Positions 47,642 through 56,956 of a stretch of DNA of 64,000 nucleotides are shown one piece after another. Origin of the DNA: Thermoproteota archaeon. GTDB lineage: Archaea > Korarchaeota > Korarchaeia > Korarchaeales > JAOZGB01. The notes beneath the pieces were generated by a model. The model did no database searches. It saw only the letters and a program-made list of their open reading frames with translations, and was not told the origin of the DNA. The stretch lies in NCBI GenBank assembly GCA_037917685.1, contig JAVCBU010000003.1:96001-160000 (forward strand), in the 5' to 3' direction. The position numbers and the translations under genes were made by a program. The first letter of the stretch is position 1, and every line of letters starts with the position of its first letter.

Positions 47642-47802
47642 GAAAGCCCTCAAGTCAGCAACCTTTAAATTTTTGACTGCGGGTCTCCAACAAGTACAGC
47701 CTAAACGGGTCTTTCATAAGTATTTGTAGGATCATGCTTCGCCTATTAGAGGTTCCAAGCATAACGCTAAGTTTAAATTAACCCGTAGACTATTAATGAC
47801 AC

Positions 47803-47932
47803 GGAGGCTAGGCGGCCATAGCAGCCGGGGATACGCCCGTACCCATTCCGAACACGGAAGCTAAGCCCGGCTGCGTTCCACGGAGTACTGCGGTCCGCAA
47901 GGACGCGGGAAACGTGGAAGCCGCTAACCTCC
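47803..47932 (+). rRNA. rrf: 5S rRNA (stand-alone; exact ends approximate)
   Basis: GCGGCCATAGC..CCCGTACCCATTCCGAACACGGAAGCTAAGCC..AGTACTG..GGGAAAC..GCCGC with a pairing terminal stem; TTTAAA box upstream and T-tract downstream. Confidence 0.95.
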
Positions 47933-47986
47933 ACTCTTTTAGTTTGTCTTCTTGACCTTACTCTTTTAGTTTGTCTTCTTGGCCTT
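47933..47986 (+). terminator. T-rich terminator of 5S rRNA, duplicated as a 27-bp tandem repeat
   Basis: ACTCTTTTAGTTTGTCTTCTTG(A/G)CCTT at 47933-47959 and 47960-47986. Confidence 0.7.
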
Positions 47987-48107
47987 AATCATGTCTTTAA
48001 ATCCATTTGATGGTGACGTCATAGTAGCTGGTACAGCCGAACAATATCTACATGCAGAGATGGGCGCCAGAAAGGCTGTTCTAACACTTCTAGGTGTTCA
48101 AGAATAA
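47985..48107 (+). pseudogene. 3' remnant of a paralog of the DUF4443-like regulator
   Basis: LIMSLNPFDGDVIVAGTAEQYLHAEMGARKAVLTLLGVQE* aligns with LIMSLKPVEGDAIVAGTAFDHWLAELGARRAVLTLLKIVG* of 36678..37316. Confidence 0.85.
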
Positions 48108-48177
48108 ATAGGCGTATTGCTAAATTCTTAAATTAACATGCAACCCTTACTTATGTAAACCCTGAGTAGGTGAAGCC

Positions 48178-48519
48178 ATGGCTAAAGTGGAGTTCGTGGA
48201 GCTTGAATCCTTGGGAGACCTTGGAAGACTAGTTTCAACGGCTAGGATTGATGAAAGTATACCCCAGCTCTACTGTTTTGAACATGAGGGAGAGAGGTAT
48301 GTAGGCTTCTTATACTTTAGCCCTTCATTTGCAGAAAACGGGTCGTTACCTATCTTCTTCTACATAAAGTCTGCAGAAGTGATGGGAAAGAAATTCCTGT
48401 ACTATAAAGTTGAGGAGAAAGGTGAAAGCGTAGGTTTCTCGGTGGGAAAGGTTATGGGAGCCCTCATATATCCTATAATCTTTTTCAAGAAGCCCCCAGA
48501 CTGGTTAAGGCCGAAGTAA
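48178..48519 (+). CDS. Hypothetical protein
   Basis: AGGTGA RBS; 1-bp gap to endoQ. Confidence 0.7.
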   Translation: MAKVEFVELESLGDLGRLVSTARIDESIPQLYCFEHEGERYVGFLYFSPSFAENGSLPIFFYIKSAEVMGKKFLYYKVEEKGESVGFSVGKVMGALIYPIIFFKKPPDWLRPK

Positions 48520-48520
48520 G

Positions 48521-49795
48521 ATGCTTATATTTGCAGATCTGCATGTCCACTCCAAATACAGCCGTGGTACAAGCGGAAAGATGGATCTTGAACATATATC
48601 TGAGAATGCGAAGATTAAAGGCTTAAATCTTGTGGGGACAGGGGACTTTACTCACCCAGGCTGGCTTAGAGAGCTGAAGGAAAGGTTAGAGCCTGCAGGG
48701 AGGGGGCTCTACAGGTATAATGGTATACTATTCATGTTAACCGTTGAGGTTTCAACGATCTACGAGTATGCTGGGAAAACTCGAAAAATACATCACGTAA
48801 TCCTAGCTCCAGACTTTGAGACCGTTGAACAACTAAATGATATATTTAGAAACTGGGGGAGCCTCGAGTCCGACGGGAGGCCTGTCTTCAATAGTGTAAC
48901 GTCGCCGGAGCTTGTTGAAGCAGTCTCCCAAGTATCCAGTATGGTTGAGGTTATACCGGCGCATGCGTGGACCCCCTGGTTCTCACTATTCGGCTCCAGG
49001 TCAGGTTTCAACTCTTTAAATGAATGCTACCAGGACATGGCTAGCAGAATACACGCCCTAGAAACCGGGCTTTCCTCTGATCCACCTATGAACTGGCGCG
49101 TATCAGAATTGGATAGGATAACTCTTCTAAGTAATTCTGACGCCCACAGCCCATGGCCTTTCAGACTCGGCAGGGAACTTAACGTTTTCAGCCTTGAAAA
49201 CCCATCATATGACGAGATAATTGAGGCAATCAGGTCTGGAGACCCGGCAAGGCTTCTCTACACGATAGAGGTTGATCCTAGCTATGGAAAATACCATTTT
49301 GACGGACATAGAAACTGTGGCGTATCACTTCATCCGAGACAGGCCATGGCAAGAGGTAACATTTGCCCCGTTTGCGGCAAACCCTTAACGATAGGTGTGC
49401 TTCACAGGGTTGAAGAACTTGCGGATAGACCAGAGGGATACGTTAGAAAGGACGCGATACCATATAAAAGCCTAATTCCTCTTCAAGAACTAATTGCCCT
49501 ATTAGTAGGCTCCACTCCGACATCTGTCAGGGTTGGAAAAATGTATATGAGGCTAATAGAAAGATTTGGAAGCGAGCTGAACATAGTTTTAAACGTTGAA
49601 ATCTCTGAAATCGCAAAGTTCGACCCTAAACTTGCAAGGATAATATTAGACATGCGTATCGGAAAGCTGAGGATAATTCCAGGCTACGATGGGGTGTATG
49701 GAAAGCTTATCCTTGAGGATGACGGGGAATATAAGGAGATTGAGAGAGACAAGTTAAGATATAATAGGCAGTCTACACTCTCCGATTACATCTAA
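48521..49795 (+). CDS. endoQ: Endonuclease Q (PHP domain + Zn finger) with a C-terminal PIP box
   Basis: DLHVHSKYS, GTGDFTHP, PAHAWTPW, ETGLSSD, SNSDAHS, GKYH.DGHRNC..CPVCG, PGYDGVYG; QSTLSDYI at the C-terminus. Confidence 0.92.
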   Translation: MLIFADLHVHSKYSRGTSGKMDLEHISENAKIKGLNLVGTGDFTHPGWLRELKERLEPAGRGLYRYNGILFMLTVEVSTIYEYAGKTRKIHHVILAPDFETVEQLNDIFRNWGSLESDGRPVFNSVTSPELVEAVSQVSSMVEVIPAHAWTPWFSLFGSRSGFNSLNECYQDMASRIHALETGLSSDPPMNWRVSELDRITLLSNSDAHSPWPFRLGRELNVFSLENPSYDEIIEAIRSGDPARLLYTIEVDPSYGKYHFDGHRNCGVSLHPRQAMARGNICPVCGKPLTIGVLHRVEELADRPEGYVRKDAIPYKSLIPLQELIALLVGSTPTSVRVGKMYMRLIERFGSELNIVLNVEISEIAKFDPKLARIILDMRIGKLRIIPGYDGVYGKLILEDDGEYKEIERDKLRYNRQSTLSDYI

Positions 49796-49829
49796 TAACC
49801 TTTTAAGAATCTGAGGGTTTCAATCCCTG

Positions 49830-50900
49830 GTGATTGGAGCATTGAAGGTCTTATGTACAGGTATAAGTGGTGATAATAGAAGGGAATACCTCATTCATAC
49901 AGTCGAATATGCTAGGGAGCATGGTGAAGACATAGAGATCCTTGACGTAGGTAAGCTCATGTTCAAAACAGCTGAAGACATAGGGATTCAGACAAGCGAG
50001 GAGAAAATCCTGGATCTAAGCCCTACAACCCTCAGGGCCCTCAGGGCAACAGTTTTCGAGAAAATACTAAGCATTACATCTAGAAACGGGAACTACATCA
50101 TAAACACCCATACATGTTTCAGATGGAAGAAGTATCTCACACCAGCATTCGATGTGTTCTATCTAAACCAGATAGACCCAGCCATCTATGTTACTATCGT
50201 GGATTTTATAGCGTCAACAAAAGCAAGACTTGACGCCAGCAGGCAGTGGAAGGGTAGGCTTAGCCTCAAAGAACTGTTGATATGGAGAGATGAGGAGATC
50301 TTCATAACCCAAACCCTAGCAGAATACCAGAGAAAGCCATTCTACATAATCGGCAGGGGGCAGCCGCCTGAAACCCTATATAAGCTTATGTTTAAGCCTG
50401 AAATGAAGAAGATATACCTAAGCTTTCCGATCACATATATGAGAGAGAACGAGGAGAAAATGAGGGAGGTTCAAGAATTCAGAGACCGATTGAGAGAAAA
50501 CTTCATAGTATTTGACCCTATGACTATTAAAGACCTAGATATAATGATAGACATGCAGAAAGCCATCAATGAGGAGAAGGACACTTTCACTGTTGACACT
50601 GATGCCGGACCTGCAGAGTTTACGGTTGAAGAAGTTAAGATGGTTGAGAAAGACCTGGCAGACCAGACTGTTGCAAGGGACTATAAACTGATAGACCAAA
50701 GCGACTATGTAGTAGTTTACTACCCTGTTAAGCTTCCATCTCCGGGCGTGTTAAACGAGATGAGCTACGGCTTTTCAAATAATAAAAAGGTATACGCGGT
50801 TTACCCCTTTGAGACGAGCCCCTTCTTCGAGTACTACTCCACTAGAATCTTTAGGTCGGCGGACGAGTTAATATCCTACCTGCTCGAAAACGAGTCCTAG
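49830..50900 (+). CDS. Adenylate-kinase-fold (degenerate P-loop) + nucleoside deoxyribosyltransferase-fold fusion protein
   Basis: N-terminal CTGISGDNRRE..INTH; C-terminal KIYLSFPI..VFDP..DYKLIDQSD..SPGVLNEMSYG. Confidence 0.65.
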   Translation: MIGALKVLCTGISGDNRREYLIHTVEYAREHGEDIEILDVGKLMFKTAEDIGIQTSEEKILDLSPTTLRALRATVFEKILSITSRNGNYIINTHTCFRWKKYLTPAFDVFYLNQIDPAIYVTIVDFIASTKARLDASRQWKGRLSLKELLIWRDEEIFITQTLAEYQRKPFYIIGRGQPPETLYKLMFKPEMKKIYLSFPITYMRENEEKMREVQEFRDRLRENFIVFDPMTIKDLDIMIDMQKAINEEKDTFTVDTDAGPAEFTVEEVKMVEKDLADQTVARDYKLIDQSDYVVVYYPVKLPSPGVLNEMSYGFSNNKKVYAVYPFETSPFFEYYSTRIFRSADELISYLLENES

Positions 50901-52072
50901 GCAAGCTTCTCCTCGACGAAACCTCTTATTCTCTGAAGCCCCTCTTTTATATTCTCAATGGACGTTGCAAATGAAAGCCTCAGATAACCCTCTCCCTCCG
51001 CCCCGAAGGATGTGCCTGGGAGCAACGCCACAGCCGCCTCTTCCAATATCTTGCTTGCCAAGACCTTCGACGATAACCCCAGTTCCTTAACATTTGGGAA
51101 GGCGTAGAATGCGCCTCTAGGCTTTAGACACTTAAACCCTGGAATCCTGTTTAAGCCGTCGATTATAACATCTCTTCTCTTCTCATACTCCCTCGCCATA
51201 CTTCTAGCTGAATCCATCCCGTTGAGAATAGCCTCTATAGCCCCCTTCTGCGCGAATGATACAGGACAGGAGCAAGCGTTCAGCTGTATCCTTTTAATCT
51301 TATCTGCAACATTTGCTGGGGCTATTGCGTAGCCCAGCCTCCATCCTGTCATAGCATAACTCTTGCTAAACCCACTTATTATAACAGTTCTCTCCTTCAT
51401 CCCAGGGATACTTGCAATGCTGAAGTGCTTTTCACCGTCAAATATTATATCCTCATATATCTCGTCTGAAAAGACCACAAGGTCATACTTCTTGGCTATT
51501 TCCGCCAAGGCTTCTAGATCGCTCTTAGCGATAACACCTCCCGTTGGATTAGATGGCGAGTTCACTATTATAGCCTTTGTTCTATCTGAAATCCGGCCTT
51601 CAACATCTTCCGGCCTGAAGCTGAAGCCCTTCTCCTCGAGCAGGGGAACCTTAACAATACTGCCACCTGCCAGCTCAACGGCTGCCGCATAGGCGGGGTA
51701 GGCAGGGCTGGGCACTATAACCTCGTCTCCAGGGTTTATAAATGTGAGAACCGCGGAGAATATAGCCATTTTTCCCCCAACTGTAACTACAACTTCCTCA
51801 GGTTTTATATCGATGCCCCTCTTCTCACCAGCCTTCTTGGCTATCGCTTCTTTAAGCTCATAAATGCCGTCTGCAGGAGTGTAATGTGTAAATCCCTCCC
51901 TTAATGCTTTAATTGCTGCTTCCTTAATGTTTTCTGGAGTATCAAAGTCGGGTTCGCCTATCTCGAAGTGAATCACTCTTGTTCCGCTTCTCTCCATTGC
52001 TTTAGCCTTCTCAAGAACTATGAATGCGTCTTCAACACCCATACTTTTAACTCTATCCGCGAGCTCAGGCAT
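50897..52072 (-). CDS. Class I/II PLP-dependent (aspartate-type) aminotransferase
   Basis: GEPDF, NSPSNPTG, SDEIY and GFSKSYAMTGWRLGY motifs. Confidence 0.95.
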   Translation of the reverse strand: MPELADRVKSMGVEDAFIVLEKAKAMERSGTRVIHFEIGEPDFDTPENIKEAAIKALREGFTHYTPADGIYELKEAIAKKAGEKRGIDIKPEEVVVTVGGKMAIFSAVLTFINPGDEVIVPSPAYPAYAAAVELAGGSIVKVPLLEEKGFSFRPEDVEGRISDRTKAIIVNSPSNPTGGVIAKSDLEALAEIAKKYDLVVFSDEIYEDIIFDGEKHFSIASIPGMKERTVIISGFSKSYAMTGWRLGYAIAPANVADKIKRIQLNACSCPVSFAQKGAIEAILNGMDSARSMAREYEKRRDVIIDGLNRIPGFKCLKPRGAFYAFPNVKELGLSSKVLASKILEEAAVALLPGTSFGAEGEGYLRLSFATSIENIKEGLQRIRGFVEEKLA

Positions 52073-52144
52073 AACTCATCAGGACTACCACGCCATGAAT
52101 AGTTTAAATATTTAACAGTTGTAGCCGGGTATAAAAATATACAC

Positions 52145-52426
52145 TTATCCTCCACCGACAGGGGGGAAAATAGCTATCACATCACCGTTACTCACAGGTG
52201 TTTCCAACCCCTTTGACAAAACTATGTTCCTACCATTAAGAAGCACTATATAAAACTTGTTCAGCTTCCCATCGTCTTCAAAGAGCATGCTTCTAAACTT
52301 TCCACCAACCATATCTGCTAGCTTGTCTAAAATCTCCCCAACAGTACGCCCTTCAACCACGGTTTCCTTGAATCCTGCCACCTCCCTAAGTATGGTGTAA
52401 AGCTTAACCTCAACCCTCGGCATCAA
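52145..52426 (-). CDS. MoaD/ThiS-family ubiquitin-like sulfur carrier (SAMP1-like)
   Basis: Beta-grasp pattern with C-terminal IFPPVGGG. Confidence 0.9.
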   Translation of the reverse strand: MMPRVEVKLYTILREVAGFKETVVEGRTVGEILDKLADMVGGKFRSMLFEDDGKLNKFYIVLLNGRNIVLSKGLETPVSNGDVIAIFPPVGGG

Positions 52427-52471
52427 TATGTGTAGGGTTTTGGAAAAATAAAATTATACACCTAGCCGTCC

Positions 52472-53962
52472 TTACCGGGTTAGCAAGTCATAATAGAAGC
52501 GTAAAACCCTAGATAACGGTTCAGGCATCATATCCTCTATAATTTCAGCCTCGTCTTCCCCAATAATTCTGAACAAGATCGTTAATGTGTAATAGGATAT
52601 CCCTACTATTACAGCCGACACCGGAACCCTAAAGTACAAGTTTATACCCGAACTGTCAATCATGTAACCTAGCATTCCAGCTATAACGGCTGAAGTGAAA
52701 GATAACCCCATCGTGCTTAGAGAGTCTAAACTCAGAGGTTCCCTGGAAATGAGTAAAATAAGTAAAAACCAGACTACAGTCGATATCGGGTATGATATTG
52801 CAACGGTACGAGCCCCATAATCCTTCATTAGATAGGATGCTGAGAATGAGACTCCTAGCATCACTGGTGCAACACCTATAAGCTTTTTCTCCCCCTTATA
52901 TGCGAGGTACATGTTCAAGGGTAAAATAAACATTAGGGGGAAAGAAAGCCCCATTATGCTCAGAACCCATCTATCTGCGAACGTTGGAGACAACAGTTGA
53001 AGGAGTCCGCTCGACATACCAAGTAAGATAGAGAAAACACCACATGACAAAAAGGAGAAGAAGCCTAGGTATCTGTTAAAAATGTGGGCTTCACCGTTTT
53101 TAACCTTACCTGCTAGATGAGGAATTAATACGGTTCCAAATGATGAGAGAATTATGTAAAAAGCGAAGAAATACCTGTTTGAAGCTCTAAGGATTGCGTT
53201 GTCAATATTACTTCCCGTGGATGAAAAAACTGTAAGCGGGACCTCTATCGTCGAAGCCATAGAAACCTGCAGCATCGCCATAGGTAAGCCGTGGGCAATG
53301 AGCCTTACGTTATTTTTTAGATACTCATATGGCTTCAGCAACTTAAATCCGACTAGCCTCATAAAGTATACACCAAACACTATCGTAGCAGCTAAATTAC
53401 CAATAATCTGCGAGATTAAAGCTCCCATAACACCTTGGCCAGCTTTCAGTAGGACGCCTGTAAGCAGGCATATCAACCCGTTCATTACAAGTTTAAATAC
53501 CACGGTGAAGCTTTCCATCCTCAGGGCAACAGGAAGAGAATATATAAGCCCAGCAACCGGGGAAATAGACAATAGAAATCCGGAAACAATTATTAGACTG
53601 GTAAGATCTTCCCTACTAATATATGTGGCTATTTTCCCTGAAAAGAGGATAAATATAGATCCAGCAATACCAGAGTAGAATATTCTCGAAAATAAAGCGG
53701 ATGAAAAGAGAATTTTTCTCTTGTCAAGCTGGTTCTTGGACTCAGTATCAGGTATAAAACGAAACAAGGCCCAAGCCTCCCCAAGATTGAGAAGGCTCAT
53801 GGCGAGGAAAGAAAATGTTATGACACGACTATAAACACCGTAAAGTTCACCACCCAGCAATCTTGTAAGAAGCAAAGTGTTCAGGAATCCTAGGAAAGCA
53901 CCTGTAAGGTTACCTATTGATAATAGAAGCCCTCCACGTCCGACATTGGGGGTTTTGTGCAT
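52472..53962 (-). CDS. Oligosaccharide flippase (Wzx/MOP superfamily)
   Basis: LLTRLLG..YG motif; about 14 TM segments. Confidence 0.75.
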   Translation of the reverse strand: MHKTPNVGRGGLLLSIGNLTGAFLGFLNTLLLTRLLGGELYGVYSRVITFSFLAMSLLNLGEAWALFRFIPDTESKNQLDKRKILFSSALFSRIFYSGIAGSIFILFSGKIATYISREDLTSLIIVSGFLLSISPVAGLIYSLPVALRMESFTVVFKLVMNGLICLLTGVLLKAGQGVMGALISQIIGNLAATIVFGVYFMRLVGFKLLKPYEYLKNNVRLIAHGLPMAMLQVSMASTIEVPLTVFSSTGSNIDNAILRASNRYFFAFYIILSSFGTVLIPHLAGKVKNGEAHIFNRYLGFFSFLSCGVFSILLGMSSGLLQLLSPTFADRWVLSIMGLSFPLMFILPLNMYLAYKGEKKLIGVAPVMLGVSFSASYLMKDYGARTVAISYPISTVVWFLLILLISREPLSLDSLSTMGLSFTSAVIAGMLGYMIDSSGINLYFRVPVSAVIVGISYYTLTILFRIIGEDEAEIIEDMMPEPLSRVLRFYYDLLTR

Positions 53963-54019
53963 GGTATGTGATACCGAAGAATATAATTTATAATATTACA
54001 TTTCTAGCTATACTCTGTC

Positions 54020-54637
54020 TTGCACATCCTACCGTTGCATTGTAAACTTGATGAAGTGGAGAAACACGTTAAACCAGCTGAAAAAGTGTTACATGTGGGG
54101 ATAGGAGATTCCACAGTCGAACTTTTATGGTCAATAAAGCAACACCGGGAATTAACACTTCTAGATAATGATGAAGTAAAACTGTCACATATAGCCGGTT
54201 TCATCAAGAAATACTTTCCAAACATAGAACTATTTTTAAATGTAAATCCAAGGAAGCCCCATACTACGTTAAGTAGATCTAATGAAATATTGTCGAGGCT
54301 AAGACGTAGCTTAAACTTGCCACAGCTTCCTAACGGTTATGTAACAAGAAAAATAACCATTCTACCCATGAACATTCTAAAAGTGGTAGACTGTAGCCTT
54401 CTCCCATGTGAAAGCTACGATTTTATCTTTGCATTTGGATTTACAGAGATACTCTATGGCAGGGAGGAGACGCTTTACATATTCATCCGAAACCTTCATA
54501 AGCTTTTGAAAAAAGGCGGTAAAGCAGTGCTTTCCGATATCATCCCTAAGGGTGTTGTTAAAGATATAATGGAGAGTTCACACATATTTAGACGGGTGGG
54601 AAAATACACGTTCATCCTCTACAAGCCTCTCAGCTGA
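54020..54637 (+). CDS. Class I SAM-dependent methyltransferase-like protein (divergent)
   Basis: VLHVGIG, SYDFI and LLKKGG motifs. Confidence 0.55.
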   Translation: MHILPLHCKLDEVEKHVKPAEKVLHVGIGDSTVELLWSIKQHRELTLLDNDEVKLSHIAGFIKKYFPNIELFLNVNPRKPHTTLSRSNEILSRLRRSLNLPQLPNGYVTRKITILPMNILKVVDCSLLPCESYDFIFAFGFTEILYGREETLYIFIRNLHKLLKKGGKAVLSDIIPKGVVKDIMESSHIFRRVGKYTFILYKPLS

Positions 54638-54660
54638 AATTTTCCAGCATTACTTTAAGT

Positions 54661-56166
54661 TTATATTGGGATACGAATCCCTGGTGGGTACTCGATCCTG
54701 AAACCATACCTTATCAGATTCACACCTTGTTTAGCTGTAAATCTCCATCTTAATATTCCAAGCCTTAACACTTCAGGTCTAATAGTTGAATGAGTTATCT
54801 TCACCTTGACCTTCGGATGTTTAATTACTGGGATTCTATCATAGATCTCTACATCTACCGATTTTTCCCCGAAGTTCTCAACTTTAAGCTCATACCCAAG
54901 TCTCATACTCATCTTATCTTTAACGATGCCCTTCGTCTCGTCTACTCTTTCAACCAGCTTCTTCACGCCTTTCAGAGTCGCCGCCTTCTCTATCGGAATC
55001 TTAACCCTTTCATTTGGTCTATAGAACTTCATTCTCCCCCATGCCATGTTTAGACCGTTAACTAAGACCCTATACTCTCCGGGAATAATCGATGTCCTTC
55101 TATTCGTAAACTCCAGAACCTTTAGAAAGTCTAAACTCGTAAATGCATCCCATACATACAAGATTTTACCATCAACCTTTTTCGTTTCAAGGAGAAACCT
55201 GCAGGGCCTACCATAGGGGAGGCTGACTCTTCCATGAACGCTGTAAGTCTGGTGAATCCCCTCCTCCACAAAAGCCTCCTCCATACCTTTTCCAACCTCA
55301 GCCTCCAGCCTTTGCTTGGGCGCCAATGCTAAGAGTTTAGGCGCCGTATGGACGGTTTTCTCCATGGTAGTGTCTACAATCCACGGTTGAGGTTCAACCC
55401 ATTCAAGAGCTCTAACTATTCTAGTGGTAAGCTTAAGATTAACATCTACCCAGTCAACCGCTGCTTTCTGGGATGCAACCCCATAAAACATTATTTTAAA
55501 GTCGTCATCGTTAGCTATGATGTCATATTGCGCCTTCCATCCCTCACCAGGGATATTGTAGAAGAATTCGAAGTTTACGTCTCCATCGGCCTTTGAGTTG
55601 ATCGTCAGCTCGACGTTTGAAACACTTACGAAACGTTCGAATCCAACAATGTTCCTTAAGGATTCCAGCTCAGCCTTAACCCTCTCAGCCTGGCCTTCAA
55701 GTTTTACAGCCTCTTCTAAGAGCCAATCTCTAGCTCTAAACATGTCACCGTAAACTTTGGCTGGGTCCTCGCCGGATACTATTTTTGAGATAAAATGGTA
55801 TGCGAACACATCTCCGGAGCCGTCTAAGGCTTCGATAAGCTTCTTTAATCCCTCAATTTTTCTTTCAATCACTCTTAACTCGTTTTTTAACCTTGAAAAC
55901 CTCGACACAGCGTCTTTCATCTCGCCAAGATCGAGATCGAGTTCCATGACATCAATACGTGTTTTAAACATTCTAACATCAAGAATTGAGATGTCAGCAT
56001 TGAAAAAAGCTGTGAACGAGTTTATGTCGATTCCGTCCTCGAGATTCTGAATTATAACCTTTCCCACGCCTCTCTCAACCTTGAAGCTGCCGACTCTGTG
56101 AAGAACATAGCAGTTAGGCTGTATTATCAGGGATTCAACATGGTGTTTTGGCCTATAAAATTTCAT
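54661..56166 (-). CDS. DUF4140/DUF4139 (MuiA-like) protein
   Basis: Coiled coil, W..YDI, Q...DW.DV.L.L.T, DRIPV and G.L.W motifs. Confidence 0.8.
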   Translation of the reverse strand: MKFYRPKHHVESLIIQPNCYVLHRVGSFKVERGVGKVIIQNLEDGIDINSFTAFFNADISILDVRMFKTRIDVMELDLDLGEMKDAVSRFSRLKNELRVIERKIEGLKKLIEALDGSGDVFAYHFISKIVSGEDPAKVYGDMFRARDWLLEEAVKLEGQAERVKAELESLRNIVGFERFVSVSNVELTINSKADGDVNFEFFYNIPGEGWKAQYDIIANDDDFKIMFYGVASQKAAVDWVDVNLKLTTRIVRALEWVEPQPWIVDTTMEKTVHTAPKLLALAPKQRLEAEVGKGMEEAFVEEGIHQTYSVHGRVSLPYGRPCRFLLETKKVDGKILYVWDAFTSLDFLKVLEFTNRRTSIIPGEYRVLVNGLNMAWGRMKFYRPNERVKIPIEKAATLKGVKKLVERVDETKGIVKDKMSMRLGYELKVENFGEKSVDVEIYDRIPVIKHPKVKVKITHSTIRPEVLRLGILRWRFTAKQGVNLIRYGFRIEYPPGIRIPI

Positions 56167-56227
56167 AATGTAAAGTTTGTAATGCTACTTTTTAAACAGT
56201 TACATACACGCGGGCAGTTATAATAGG

Positions 56228-56956
56228 TTATTTAAGAATTCTCCCCGTTTCAAGATACCATAGGTATAAGTCGAGTTCTGCAAGGCTTATGCCAAGCTTT
56301 CCAGCTATCAGCCTAAGGACTTCTTCTATCTCGAAATATTTTTTCCTCGTGATGGTTTTTGGCTTTTTTATTACTCTGTACCTATCAAGCAAGTCTGCTA
56401 TGTGGAAATCTATGATTGCAAGATCCTTGTAGCCGATGTTTCTTAGGAAGTGGCTTGCTTCCTTGTAGCCTATACCCTTAATGCTCTTAACAAGCCACTC
56501 TCTAGCCTCCAGGCTGGAGTTGAATGTTTTCAACCGTTCCTTAAGATTATTTGCGTATCTCCTCGCCTCAACAATATACTTAGCTCTTGTTCTCGGGTAT
56601 CTATGCCCCATTTCCCGTAGTCTTTGCTCAAGATCTTCAAAACTGAGTGTAAAAAATCCATTATTGATTGTCTCCTGTATAACTATCGACTTTTCAGCGT
56701 TGAAGTTAGCGGTTAAAATACAAAAGCAAAGCTCCTTAAAAATCTCCGGGTTTGAGGACTTCCCAGCCAATTCAAACTCTCTTATCCGTCTTTCTACAAC
56801 GGCCTTTATTTCGCCATTCATTAAACGTTTAACATCGTTAATAAGACCTGCAATCCCGCCTCCTTCCACAGGTTCTCCCAATCTATAATCCATATCGTTG
56901 CTGAAGTTATAGAGCCTCGATGAACTTTTCAATTGATGACCCAAGTTTATCTCCAT
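56228..56956 (-). CDS. ogg: 8-oxoguanine DNA glycosylase/AP lyase (OGG2 family); true start probably about 35-45 codons downstream
   Basis: ELCFCILTAN, HRYP, KGIGYKEASHFLRN, AIIDFH, DLYLW; ends in Lys. Confidence 0.92.
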   Translation of the reverse strand: MEINLGHQLKSSSRLYNFSNDMDYRLGEPVEGGGIAGLINDVKRLMNGEIKAVVERRIREFELAGKSSNPEIFKELCFCILTANFNAEKSIVIQETINNGFFTLSFEDLEQRLREMGHRYPRTRAKYIVEARRYANNLKERLKTFNSSLEAREWLVKSIKGIGYKEASHFLRNIGYKDLAIIDFHIADLLDRYRVIKKPKTITRKKYFEIEEVLRLIAGKLGISLAELDLYLWYLETGRILK

